A stretch of 64,000 bases of DNA, taken from Bdellovibrionales bacterium. Its GTDB lineage: Bacteria > Bdellovibrionota > Bdellovibrionia > Bdellovibrionales > UBA1609. The stretch covers positions 1 to 64,000 of the forward strand of contig JAWLHR010000015.1 in assembly GCA_041690295.1 (NCBI GenBank). Direction: 5' to 3'. This document shows positions 38,001 through 49,163 of the stretch, in pieces. The notes under the pieces were generated by a model that was not told the origin of the DNA, did no database searches, and saw only the letters and a list, made by a program, of their open reading frames with translations. Positions within the stretch are counted from its first letter, which is position 1, and every line of letters starts with the position of its first letter. Position numbers and translations under genes: made by a program.

Positions 38001-39434
38001 CTATTGCCCGATTCCGACCACGCCGCTGGGTTTGACCTTGGCGGCTTCCTCGGGCGTGACGGTCTGCTTGGAGTTGCCCCAAGCGCTGTAAACGTAGGTC
38101 AGAACATTGGCGACTTCTTCATCGGTCAGACTCAAAGCGGGCATGACGCCGTTATAAGACTCTCCATTGACAACAATGGGCCCGGAGAGACCGCCTTTCA
38201 CGATGCCGATGGCGCGGGTCTTGTCGGCGTTTAAAAAATCCGAGTTCGCCAGTGGGGGAAAGGCGTGGGGCACTCCGCGTCCGTCCGCCTGATGGCAAGC
38301 GGTGCAGTTTTGTTCGTAAATCGTTTGCCCCATCCGGATGCGCTCCTCCAGTGATTTCGCGATTCTGACTTCAGCTTCGGGAGTTTTGGGGAGCGCGCCG
38401 CCCTCGGGCAGGTAAACTCTCTCGGAGATCAATCCCGAATAGATAATTTTGTCTTCCGGCCCTTCGGCCTTGATCATGCCCAAGGCGCCCTTGTTGAAAG
38501 CGCGCAATATCGCGTGGTCCACCATGATGTAGGTTCCGGGGACATCGATCTTGAATTCCACGATCGCGGCGCCGCCGGCGGGAACCGTCGTGGTGGCGAG
38601 ATTCCGATTAACCGACGTTCCACCCTCAACATAAACTTTCTCAAAAATCTCACCAATCAGATGAAAAGACGAAGTCAGATTGGGGCCACCGTTACCCACG
38701 TACAAACGAACGGTCTCGCCGACTTTGGCGGGCAGAGCCTTATCGCCGTTCAACGCGCCGACGGATCCGTTGAACAGCACGTAAGTGGGCTTTTCCTCGA
38801 TCGCCTTTTCCATGCTGAAGGGTTGATAACCCTGTTCTCCGTATTTCCCCTTCGTGTAGAAATCGCCTTGCATGACGTAATGCTCGCGATCGACTTTCGG
38901 TAATCCCTCTTTGGGTTCGACCAAAATCAGACCGTACATGCCGTTGCCAACATGCATACCGATCGGCGCGGCCGCGCAATGATAGACAAAAAGTCCATGA
39001 TTGAGGGCTTTGAATGAAAATATGGTTTCCCGTCCCGGCGCGGTCATCGACGCGGAAGCGCCTCCTCCGGGACCGGTGACCGCGTGCAAGTCAATGTTAT
39101 GGGGCATTTTACTGGTTGGATGGTTGCTCAGATGAAATTCGACAAGATCACCTTCCTTGATCCGGATGAAACTGCCAGGCACGGTTCCGCCGAATGTCCA
39201 AAAGGTGTAGTCCACGCCGTCAGCGATTTTCATGCGCTTCTCGAGAACTTCGAGATGAACGATCACTTTCGTGTTGTGTTTTCTCGTGATCGGCGGTGGC
39301 ACTTCAGGCGGCGCGGTGAGTTTCGCCACCTCTTCGCCGATGATCTTGTCGGATTTCGGACAGCCGGTGATGAGCAAGGAAATCGCTAAAATCGCCTTCG
39401 TTTTGAAATCGCCCACGCTTGAAGGGCGGAGCAA
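38001..39434 (-). CDS. nirK: Copper-containing nitrite reductase (lipoprotein) fused to C-terminal cytochrome c
   Basis: [19 protein letters not shown]...[24 protein letters not shown] and MP in the C-terminal domain; ITGC lipobox; TTG start 8 nt after GAGGGG. Confidence 0.94.
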   Translation of the reverse strand: MLRPSSVGDFKTKAILAISLLITGCPKSDKIIGEEVAKLTAPPEVPPPITRKHNTKVIVHLEVLEKRMKIADGVDYTFWTFGGTVPGSFIRIKEGDLVEFHLSNHPTSKMPHNIDLHAVTGPGGGASASMTAPGRETIFSFKALNHGLFVYHCAAAPIGMHVGNGMYGLILVEPKEGLPKVDREHYVMQGDFYTKGKYGEQGYQPFSMEKAIEEKPTYVLFNGSVGALNGDKALPAKVGETVRLYVGNGGPNLTSSFHLIGEIFEKVYVEGGTSVNRNLATTTVPAGGAAIVEFKIDVPGTYIMVDHAILRAFNKGALGMIKAEGPEDKIIYSGLISERVYLPEGGALPKTPEAEVRIAKSLEERIRMGQTIYEQNCTACHQADGRGVPHAFPPLANSDFLNADKTRAIGIVKGGLSGPIVVNGESYNGVMPALSLTDEEVANVLTYVYSAWGNSKQTVTPEEAAKVKPSGVVGIGQ

Positions 39435-39494
39435 GGCTCATGCCCCTCAGGATGACGCTGGTGTATTCGCAACGTCTCGGATCAACTCCGCTCT

Positions 39495-39707
39495 TTAAGC
39501 CGCCGGACGGAATGTTGTTTTGGATGCTAAGATGTACTGAGTTCGGGTTCGCACTTCCAATGTGTTTCGGCAATGATTGCATTGGCAGGTGATCTGCGTT
39601 TCCTTATCCCTGAAGGAAACATTCATCATCACCGAGAAATTGCCCTTCTTATGACAACATGGGCATTCGGCGTTCTTCGCCATCATTTCAACTTCAGATA
39701 ATCTCAT
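39495..39707 (-). CDS. Small Cys-rich zinc-ribbon-like protein (70 aa)
   Basis: G-rich RBS then ATG; CPCC...CQCNHC. Confidence 0.55.
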   Translation of the reverse strand: MRLSEVEMMAKNAECPCCHKKGNFSVMMNVSFRDKETQITCQCNHCRNTLEVRTRTQYILASKTTFRPAA

Positions 39708-39863
39708 CAAAAAAACCCCCCACTTTAAAGATTGCAAGGGGTTTGCCATGACCAATCCCTCGAATTTCAATAATTTGCATCGAAAACGACTGTCGAATCG
39801 CGATTCGATGTCTAAAGGCTGACCAGGTTAACCAAACGGGATCTGTTTTGGGTCCCATACACG

Positions 39864-39990
39864 GGCGGCAGGACGCTGCCGGCAATAATCCACATGGACG
39901 GAGGCAGGACGCCTCCACAGGGTTGTTGCCTGAAACGAGGTCGGAACGAAGCTGCGGCGGACGGCTAGCAGCGGAAATGGAGAACACCAT
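39864..39990 (+). ncRNA. Structured RNA or 5' leader with GGA-loop hairpins (CsrA/RsmA-binding-like)
   Basis: Hairpins GGCGGC-AGGAC-GCTGCC and GGAGGC-AGGAC-GCCTCC, a third with a GGACG loop, and an 11-bp enclosing stem. Confidence 0.5.
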
Positions 39991-40123
39991 GGACGAAGCG
40001 ATCTTTCTCTACGGGTTCGCGGCCTTGATGATGGTCAATCTTCTCGCCTCGGTCCTCTATTACACGGGAATCAGCCGGTTTCGCTCTCACATGCGCCGGC
40101 GGAGCCCCACGAATACCAAGTGA
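39989..40123 (+). CDS. Small single-TM protein (44 aa)
   Basis: GGAG RBS; hydrophobic N-terminal half and basic C-terminus. Confidence 0.45.
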   Translation: MDEAIFLYGFAALMMVNLLASVLYYTGISRFRSHMRRRSPTNTK

Positions 40124-40173
40124 ATTTGCTCTCAATGCTGGACAGCGGCAATCCCGGCGGCTACTAATCGCCT

Positions 40174-42287
<2,114 letters not shown>

Positions 42288-42355
42288 GTCGTCATTGCCT
42301 TTTCGCGGCGTCAGAGGTCATAAAGAGACTCCAGATTTTTGAGGAGTTGATCGAT

Positions 42356-42676
42356 ATGTTTTCAACCATTGCTTGGGCTCAGAATGCCGCGCCCGCCGCT
42401 CCGTCTTTGATGGAGCAATTGTTTCCGTTTGCCGTCATTTTACTCATTTTCTTTTTTCTCGTGATTCGGCCCCAACAACGCCGCATGAAAGAACGGGATA
42501 AGTTTCGGAGTTCATTGAAAAAAGGCGATTCGGTTTTGACATCGGGTGGGATTCTCGGAACGATTGAAGGCCTGACTGATCAGGTGGTGACTTTGCAGGT
42601 CGCTAACGGCGTTAAAATCAAAGTTTTGCGGTCGGCCATTGCCGGCGGAGCCAACGAGGAGCTGGAGAAGAAATGA
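42356..42676 (+). CDS. yajC: Preprotein translocase subunit YajC
   Basis: IRPQQRR, LKKGDSVLTSGGILG; between tgt and secD; ATG 9 nt after GAGGAG. Confidence 0.95.
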   Translation: MFSTIAWAQNAAPAAPSLMEQLFPFAVILLIFFFLVIRPQQRRMKERDKFRSSLKKGDSVLTSGGILGTIEGLTDQVVTLQVANGVKIKVLRSAIAGGANEELEKK

Positions 42677-44361
42677 TCGAGGGGTTTAAGGGGCGAACGG
42701 TTCTTGTCCTTTTGTTTTTATTATTCTGTGGGATTTATCTGCTTCCCAATTTTGTGACCCTGCCCGAGGGCTGGTGGTTTCATAAAAAGAAACTGAACTA
42801 CGGTTTGGACATCCAAGGCGGCTCCCATTTGGTTTATGGCGTGGATGTTAAAGGCGTGATGCGCGAGCGCACCGAGCGGACCGCCCGTGCGCTGACCGCC
42901 GAATTTAAAGATCGCTCGATTCAAGCCACCGCCACCGTCATCGGTGAAAATCATGACATCATAAAAATCGAGGGAGCCAGCGAAGCGGATCGTGACAAGG
43001 CCGAAGCCTACTTGAATTCCGATTACTCCACGCTCTTACAAATTCTTGGCAAGTCGGGCTCGACGCTCGAAGCGCGCTACCTTGATGCGAAAATTGAGGA
43101 GTACCGCCAGCAAGTGGTCGGTCAGGCGATCGAAGTGATTCGGAACCGGGTCGATGAATTTGGCGTGGCCGAACCGGTGATCGCGGCGCAAGGGCGGGAT
43201 CGGATCTTGGTGCAACTTCCCGGGATCAGTGATCCGGGGCGCGCCAAAGAGTTGATCAATAAAACCGCTCGCCTTGAGTTTCGCTTGGTGGACGAATCCA
43301 AAACGCCTGACCAGGTAGCACAGATGGTGGCCGAGGCGGAAAAAGCCGGTGGATTCGCGCTAGGACAGGACGGGCTGACGTACGGAGCGTACGTTAAAAA
43401 AGTGAATGAAGCTCTTAAAGACAAACTTCCACCCAACACCATGATCGCGTTTGAAAAAGATCCGAATGCGCGGACGATGGAGGCCGGTAAGACGGCTTTT
43501 CTGCTTCGCACCGATACCGATGTGAGCGGCGATCAGCTTGAGGACGCCTTCATGACCTTCGGTGAATATGGTGAGCCCAAAGTGGGTTTTCGCTTCGGCA
43601 CGGATGGTCGCCGTAAATTCGCGCAAGTGACAGGGGCGAATATCGGTAAACAACTCGCTATCGTTCTGGACGAAGTTGTGTATTCCGCGCCTGTCATTCG
43701 CGACCGGATCGATGGACAGGGTGAAATCTCCCTCGGCGGTAACCGCGAGAATATGCAAAAAGAGGGTCAGTTGATCGCCACGGCCCTTCGCGCGGGAGCG
43801 CTTCCCGCGTCTTTGCAGCAGCTTGAAGAACGAACGGTTGGTCCTTCACTGGGTGCGGACTCAGTGCAAAAGGGTCAGATGGCCGGTATCGTAGGGTTCA
43901 TTCTCATCGTCGCCTTTGTTCTTATTTATTATAAAATCTCGGGCGTTGTCGCATCGGTCAGTCTTTTTCTCAACGTGGCTTGTTTGTTGGCGATCCTAAG
44001 TGCTTTGGGTGCGACTCTCACACTGCCGGGTATCGCGGGTATCGCTTTGACCGTGGGTATGGCGATTGACGCGAACGTGATTATTTTTGAACGCATCAAA
44101 GAGGAGCTCGCGCGGGGAGCCAGTATGAAAGCCGCGATTGAAGATGGTTTTCGTAATGCCTGGTCGGCGATTTTGGACTCCAATCTGACCACCGCCATCG
44201 CGGCGGCGGTTTTGATTTACTTCGGCTCCGGTCCGGTTCGTGGTTTCGGCGTCACCCTGATCGCCGGTATCGCATCGACGATGATCACGGCGGTGTTTAT
44301 CAGTCATTGGATGATGGACGGGTTATTGGGCATTTTTAAAGGTAAGAAGTTCGCGATTTAA
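42673..44361 (+). CDS. secD: Protein translocase subunit SecD
   Basis: GLDIQGG, RNRVDEFGVAEP, VQLPG, LRAGALP, TLPGIAG, DANVIIFERI. Confidence 0.97.
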   Translation: MIEGFKGRTVLVLLFLLFCGIYLLPNFVTLPEGWWFHKKKLNYGLDIQGGSHLVYGVDVKGVMRERTERTARALTAEFKDRSIQATATVIGENHDIIKIEGASEADRDKAEAYLNSDYSTLLQILGKSGSTLEARYLDAKIEEYRQQVVGQAIEVIRNRVDEFGVAEPVIAAQGRDRILVQLPGISDPGRAKELINKTARLEFRLVDESKTPDQVAQMVAEAEKAGGFALGQDGLTYGAYVKKVNEALKDKLPPNTMIAFEKDPNARTMEAGKTAFLLRTDTDVSGDQLEDAFMTFGEYGEPKVGFRFGTDGRRKFAQVTGANIGKQLAIVLDEVVYSAPVIRDRIDGQGEISLGGNRENMQKEGQLIATALRAGALPASLQQLEERTVGPSLGADSVQKGQMAGIVGFILIVAFVLIYYKISGVVASVSLFLNVACLLAILSALGATLTLPGIAGIALTVGMAIDANVIIFERIKEELARGASMKAAIEDGFRNAWSAILDSNLTTAIAAAVLIYFGSGPVRGFGVTLIAGIASTMITAVFISHWMMDGLLGIFKGKKFAI

Positions 44362-44364
44362 AGG

Positions 44365-45336
44365 GTGGATGGGATGACAAAAGACAATCGCAGTGGGAAG
44401 GACTGGGGACGTTTTGACTTTCTCCGTTGGTCTAATTTTTTCACCGTCGTTACGGGATTGATCGTCGCGGCGTCTTTGGCTCTCATGGCTGTGAAAGGCC
44501 TTAAGTACGGCGTGGATTTCGCCGGCGGCATCGAGTTGCAGGTGCACTTTGAAAACCCGGTCGAGGCGGGCCGCGTTCGCCAGTTCATGGAACAGTCCGG
44601 ACACCCGCAAGCCAACGTGCAGGCACTGGGAAGTGAAAACGAGTATTTGATTTACATCCAGTCGGTGGAGAATGCCCACGAAAAATCGGACGCCCAAGAA
44701 AATGAGGAAATCCAAGCGATCGTGCAGAAGCTGAAATCGGAAATGACCACCCATTTCGCCGCGGAAAAAGCGGATGTCGTGCGGGTGGATACGGTAGGAC
44801 CTCAAATCGGCGCCGAGCTCAAACGCAACGGAATATTGGCGGGGTTTTACTGTTTCTTGCTGATCTTGATTTATATCGGACTTCGTTTTGACTACCGGTA
44901 TGCGCCGGCCGCGGTTTTCTGTTTGTTTCACGACGCCATCGTCACCATGGGAATTTACTCGCTTTTCCAATGGGAATTCACCGTGCAAACGCTGGCGGCG
45001 GTTCTCACCATCATCGGTTACTCTTTGAACGACACCATCGTGATTTTCGACCGGATTCGCGAAAATGTCGTCGTTCATCGGGACAAAAACCTTTATTGGA
45101 TTTCGAATCGGTCCATCAATGAAACATTATCGCGCACCATTTTGACGACTTTGACGACGGGATTCATGGTGGTTGCCATGTACGTTTTGGCGGACGGCGC
45201 GATTCAAGACTTCTCGCGGGCAATGTTGATCGGAATGGTGCTTGGCGTGTTCTCAACGGTCTATGTGGCAACGCCGTTGATGCTCATGGCGGATAAATAC
45301 CAGAAGAGCAAACGCAAAAGTCTTCAGGCGGCCTGA
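44365..45336 (+). CDS. secF: Protein translocase subunit SecF
   Basis: GVDFAGG, VGPQIG, HD, IGYSLNDTIVIFDRIRE, TLSRTI; alternative start at 44374. Confidence 0.97.
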   Translation: MDGMTKDNRSGKDWGRFDFLRWSNFFTVVTGLIVAASLALMAVKGLKYGVDFAGGIELQVHFENPVEAGRVRQFMEQSGHPQANVQALGSENEYLIYIQSVENAHEKSDAQENEEIQAIVQKLKSEMTTHFAAEKADVVRVDTVGPQIGAELKRNGILAGFYCFLLILIYIGLRFDYRYAPAAVFCLFHDAIVTMGIYSLFQWEFTVQTLAAVLTIIGYSLNDTIVIFDRIRENVVVHRDKNLYWISNRSINETLSRTILTTLTTGFMVVAMYVLADGAIQDFSRAMLIGMVLGVFSTVYVATPLMLMADKYQKSKRKSLQAA

Positions 45337-45348
45337 AGAGGAGTTGTA

Positions 45349-45534
45349 ATGACGGAGATTTCCGGGGTGATTCGTTGGAACGGAAAGTTCATTCGTGGAC
45401 TGGCCGAAACCATATTGGAGCGCGCCCGGACGGTGAGATCGTCGTTAAAACTCTCTTCGTATAAACGAAAATCAAAATCCAAAAAGCGGCCGGCCCGTAA
45501 AAACCGGATCACCAAGCCGCGAATGTCCAAATGA
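45349..45534 (+). CDS. Small highly basic hypothetical protein (61 aa)
   Basis: GAGGAG RBS; fills the secF-queC gap; ATGA overlap with queC. Confidence 0.5.
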   Translation: MTEISGVIRWNGKFIRGLAETILERARTVRSSLKLSSYKRKSKSKKRPARKNRITKPRMSK

Positions 45535-46217
45535 AAGCCGACGCCGTCGTTCTTCTTTCCGCCGGATTGGATTCCACATTTAATCTGCTGAAAGCCCTTC
45601 AGCAGTTCCGCTCCATCACGGCTTTGACCTTCGACTACGGCCAAAAAGCCGCCGAACGGGAAAAGGCTCAGTCCAAGAGACTGGCCGAGCATTTTAAGAT
45701 CAATCACAAAATTATCGAGGTGCCCTGGTTTCGGGACTTCACCAACACCTCATTGGTGGCGGACGCGAAAGTGCCGACGGGCGGCGATGTGAACATCGAA
45801 GACTCGGCCCGCTCCCAGGCCACGGCTCAGTCGGTTTGGGTTCCCAATCGCAACGGTATTTTTTTGAATATCGCCGCCGGATTCGCTGAAGGTATCGGCG
45901 CCGGGTTTGTCATCCCCGGGTTCAACCTTGAAGAGGCGCAAACCTTTCCCGACAATAGCGCGGCATTTTTAAAAGCGCTGGATGAATCATTCGCCTATTC
46001 CACCCAGGGCCGCGTCCGCACACTTTGTTACTCCGCCCATCTGACAAAAACCCAAATCGTCAGCGAAGGCCTAAAATTAAAATTGCCGTTTGAACTGTTG
46101 TGGCCCTGTTACCTTCCGGGCGACGTTTGGTGTGGATCCTGCGAGTCCTGCCAACGCTTCAAGCGGGCCTTACAGGCCAATGATTTGGATTTTGAAAAGG
46201 TACGGGACAAAAAATGA
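45531..46217 (+). CDS. queC: 7-cyano-7-deazaguanine synthase
   Basis: LLSAGLDS, FDYGQ, WVPNRN, PD, CY...CGSCESC. Confidence 0.93.
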   Translation: MKADAVVLLSAGLDSTFNLLKALQQFRSITALTFDYGQKAAEREKAQSKRLAEHFKINHKIIEVPWFRDFTNTSLVADAKVPTGGDVNIEDSARSQATAQSVWVPNRNGIFLNIAAGFAEGIGAGFVIPGFNLEEAQTFPDNSAAFLKALDESFAYSTQGRVRTLCYSAHLTKTQIVSEGLKLKLPFELLWPCYLPGDVWCGSCESCQRFKRALQANDLDFEKVRDKK

Positions 46218-46783
46218 AGTCCCTGTACCTTGAATCCTCGGAAAAATACGACGGTTCGCAGTTGGTCTCTTTGCGAAACTACCTGAAGCATGGACTTCTT
46301 GGTGATTCGATCGTCGCTTGGAGAGGGCCATGTGATGTGGGTGGAGAACATATGGTTGATGGCGAGGACCTGCTCGCCGGGGCGGCGATCCGGGGCGATG
46401 ATATGCTTCACTTCATTGTTGAGCTTTTCGACTGCTCGCTTTTCGCGGCCGTGGGATGGCAGCGCCTTTTGGCCTCGATCGCTAAGGATGTGATTGCCAA
46501 GAAATCAAGTGAGGCGGGTTTGACCAAAGAGCTTCGCCAAGACGGGGATGATTTGTATTGCGGGGATCGTAAGCTCAGTATCTCCATTGCTACTTTAAGT
46601 CCGGTGAGCGCCTTGATACACTTCGCTATGAACGTGAGAAATGAGGGGACGCCGGTGAAAACCATTTCGCTTTCCGATTTCCAACTTGGGCCCGAAACGG
46701 TGGCCAGGGAAATCATGGAGCGGTTCACTCGCGAAGTGGACTCCGGCCGATGGGCCACGCAAAAGGTGCGCTGGGTCCGCTGA
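46214..46783 (+). CDS. DUF366-like protein
   Basis: YDGSQL, 'GDSIVAWRGPCDV...MVDGED', MLHFIVE, 'GDDLY...KLSISIAT' pattern; ATGA overlap with queC. Confidence 0.7.
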   Translation: MKSLYLESSEKYDGSQLVSLRNYLKHGLLGDSIVAWRGPCDVGGEHMVDGEDLLAGAAIRGDDMLHFIVELFDCSLFAAVGWQRLLASIAKDVIAKKSSEAGLTKELRQDGDDLYCGDRKLSISIATLSPVSALIHFAMNVRNEGTPVKTISLSDFQLGPETVAREIMERFTREVDSGRWATQKVRWVR

Positions 46784-46808
46784 TTCAGGTCTAAAAAAGG
46801 AGGGGGGA

Positions 46809-48089
46809 ATGAGCCAACGACTTCAACGGAGTTTCGTGCTCGTATTTTTGGCCGTGTCGATGATACGAGCGGGTGAGCTTGGTGCCCATCAATCTCCCTT
46901 TGGCGACCTGCCGCCCGATGCCTCAAGCGAACAATTAATCCAGGCTTTGCGTCGTCAAGAGGGCGCGGGGCTTTTCGAGCGGGGTGATCGTTGGCGCAAT
47001 ACTCCCATCGAAGAAGCGATTCGGGTGGGTGTTCGCAACATGAAGTGGGTGGAGTTTATTAATGAAAGCCGAGATGAAGAAGACCGGATTTCACTCTCCT
47101 CGCCGGAAAACACCAAATCTTATCCGATCGAGAGTCCGTCGGAATATTCTCCGCGAACAATCCGCGCGGATTTGAACCGCTTAAGAAGTGAGCTCCCCGA
47201 ACCTTTGCTCAACGTGCTCTTCAATGAGCAACCGTTCACCAATGAACCGCCGATTCCCGAAGACGAGTTCATTGAATGGGGCTTAAGGACGGACCGGATT
47301 TTTCAGACCGCGCTTCGCTGGCGCGGTTTGGAGCCTTGGTTGGATCATTACGAAGGGTATCGAAGGCGGGATATCCGCGGCCATTACTTTTTCAGCCGTA
47401 TGAATCCCAAAGAGCGGGATGTTCTTTTGGAAAACTCATCCAAGTGGTCGGACCCGCAGAAAACCGAAGTGGCCGGCTGGCTGGTGAGCCTTTGCATGAA
47501 CAGCGGTGGTTATCTGAGTTCATGCCGCGGCGAAGTCAATCGCACGTTGAATGCCGGTGGCGATGCGAGGCCGCTTTACGAAAAATGGCGCAGAGGGGGC
47601 GTGGCCATGTGGAATTACTTTTTTCGCATCACGAACGCCCGAACGGACGTGGAATTTCGTGACGAAAACCGGGTTCGCATGCCGTTTCGCGATCCGGGCC
47701 ATGCGCTCGTTCGCGCTTTTCTCAAAGACAATATCGAAGATGAGTGGCGGTTTGGTGATTGGGCGTTGAGGTTGGTCTTCTCATCCTATGCGCGGGCCCA
47801 TGTGGAATTTCGGCGTAATGTGGTTCCCCATGTGGATCGCCTGGGCGGAGACAAGATCGTGATGAATGCCGATCAACCCCTCAGCGAATACGATGCCCAG
47901 TGGACGATCCGCCACGAGTTCGGTCATGTCCTTGGACTGCCCGATTGCTACGTGGAGTATTACGACCGGGAGCGCGCGGTGATGGTGAACTACCAGATTG
48001 ATGTGAAAAATCTGATGTGCAGCCGGACCGGGCGGATCCAGAAAATTCACGTGGATGAACTTCGCCGGACCTACTATCGGCCGAATTAG
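46809..48089 (+). CDS. Secreted zinc metallopeptidase (metzincin-like)
   Basis: GGAGG RBS; signal peptide; HEFGHVLGLPD followed by a Met-turn-like NLM. Confidence 0.75.
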   Translation: MSQRLQRSFVLVFLAVSMIRAGELGAHQSPFGDLPPDASSEQLIQALRRQEGAGLFERGDRWRNTPIEEAIRVGVRNMKWVEFINESRDEEDRISLSSPENTKSYPIESPSEYSPRTIRADLNRLRSELPEPLLNVLFNEQPFTNEPPIPEDEFIEWGLRTDRIFQTALRWRGLEPWLDHYEGYRRRDIRGHYFFSRMNPKERDVLLENSSKWSDPQKTEVAGWLVSLCMNSGGYLSSCRGEVNRTLNAGGDARPLYEKWRRGGVAMWNYFFRITNARTDVEFRDENRVRMPFRDPGHALVRAFLKDNIEDEWRFGDWALRLVFSSYARAHVEFRRNVVPHVDRLGGDKIVMNADQPLSEYDAQWTIRHEFGHVLGLPDCYVEYYDRERAVMVNYQIDVKNLMCSRTGRIQKIHVDELRRTYYRPN

Positions 48090-48571
48090 CCGATCTTTAA
48101 GAACTGAAACGTTTTTTGCGGAATAAAATCCTGCTCCATGTCCTTGCCGCATTTGGTGCAGGGGAGCGTTTCGGGGCAATTCAAGCTTCCATCCGAGTCC
48201 GTGGAGCCATAGGTAAAATCTTTTCCCTGAGTCGCGAGATAAAATTTTTCAGCTCCGCAACTGGGACAATTGTAGGGGATCTTCAAGGATTCAATGAAGA
48301 TATGGGGCGTGACGAATCCCACCACGGTGCTCGCTTGATTTCCAAAAACAAACGGGCAGTTTCGCAGATGCACTTTACAAGTGCTCGGGATTTTTCCGGT
48401 CCAAATGATCCACTCTTTGATGCCGACGGAGTTGATGAAGGTCACTTCATCCAGATTCAGAAAAATTTCTTTGAGTCCGTCGATGGGAACCTTGAATAGG
48501 GGTGTCGTTTCCCCGATCGGACCGCTTAATGCAATTTCCAATGTCGATGGCGTACGATTGACGATCTTCAC
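48086..48571 (-). CDS. STAS-like (anti-sigma antagonist) domain plus zinc ribbon
   Basis: LSGPI, VTFINSVGI (STAS Ser motif), CPSC...CTKC. Confidence 0.7.
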   Translation of the reverse strand: MKIVNRTPSTLEIALSGPIGETTPLFKVPIDGLKEIFLNLDEVTFINSVGIKEWIIWTGKIPSTCKVHLRNCPFVFGNQASTVVGFVTPHIFIESLKIPYNCPSCGAEKFYLATQGKDFTYGSTDSDGSLNCPETLPCTKCGKDMEQDFIPQKTFQFLKIG

Positions 48572-48602
48572 ATTCTAAGAATGTGAGATTCCGCCGCGGA
48601 GG

Positions 48603-49154
48603 TCAAACCTGAACCACTTCTTCGATTTCAGGTAAGCTGGCTTTCAGCCTGGACTCGATTCCTTCCTTTAAAGTGAAGGTGGAGCTGGGGCAACCGGAGC
48701 AAGCACCGTGCATCATAAGATAGACTCGGCCGTTCTCATATTTATGGAAAGTGATCTCACCACCGTCCATCGCCACCGCGGGCGCGATTTCTTCCCTTAG
48801 AATTCGTTTGATCTCCCGCACGGTTGGAGAATCTTCTTCAGAGTTATCGTTAACTGGTGTCGCTTCCACAATCACCGGTTGTCCACTCGTCAAAAATTCT
48901 TGAATCAAATCCGAGAGAGGGTCGGCCAAGATTTCCCATTCCACCCAGTTTTGCTTGGTGACGGTGACAAAGTTAGGTCCGATGAAAACTCCCGCCGCCC
49001 AGGGAAAGGCCAGGATTTTCCTCGCCAAGGGGCTTTTGCCCGCTTCGGCTTCCGAAGCGAAATTCATGCTTGTGGACGCGATCTGCGTGGAAATCATGAA
49101 TTTCAAAGAGTCGGGGTTGGGCGTTGACTGATAAAAAACTTCGATTTTTGACAT
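48603..49154 (-). CDS. nfuA: NifU/Nfu-type Fe-S cluster carrier
   Basis: TPNPDSLKF N-terminal domain; PAVAMDGG...GACSGC...TLKEGIE. Confidence 0.88.
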   Translation of the reverse strand: MSKIEVFYQSTPNPDSLKFMISTQIASTSMNFASEAEAGKSPLARKILAFPWAAGVFIGPNFVTVTKQNWVEWEILADPLSDLIQEFLTSGQPVIVEATPVNDNSEEDSPTVREIKRILREEIAPAVAMDGGEITFHKYENGRVYLMMHGACSGCPSSTFTLKEGIESRLKASLPEIEEVVQV

Positions 49155-49163
49155 GGCCCTGTT

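Noticed and set aside
39472..39485. FNR/DNR box upstream of nirK
   Set aside because: Only one half-site (TTGAT on the minus strand); the other half matches poorly.
36015..40170. Genomic island integrated at tRNA-Leu
   Set aside because: No integrase and no duplicated tRNA 3' end were found, so there is no direct support.
46686..46808. Longer start for the metallopeptidase ORF
   Set aside because: It overlaps the DUF366-like gene; the RBS and signal peptide support ATG 46809.
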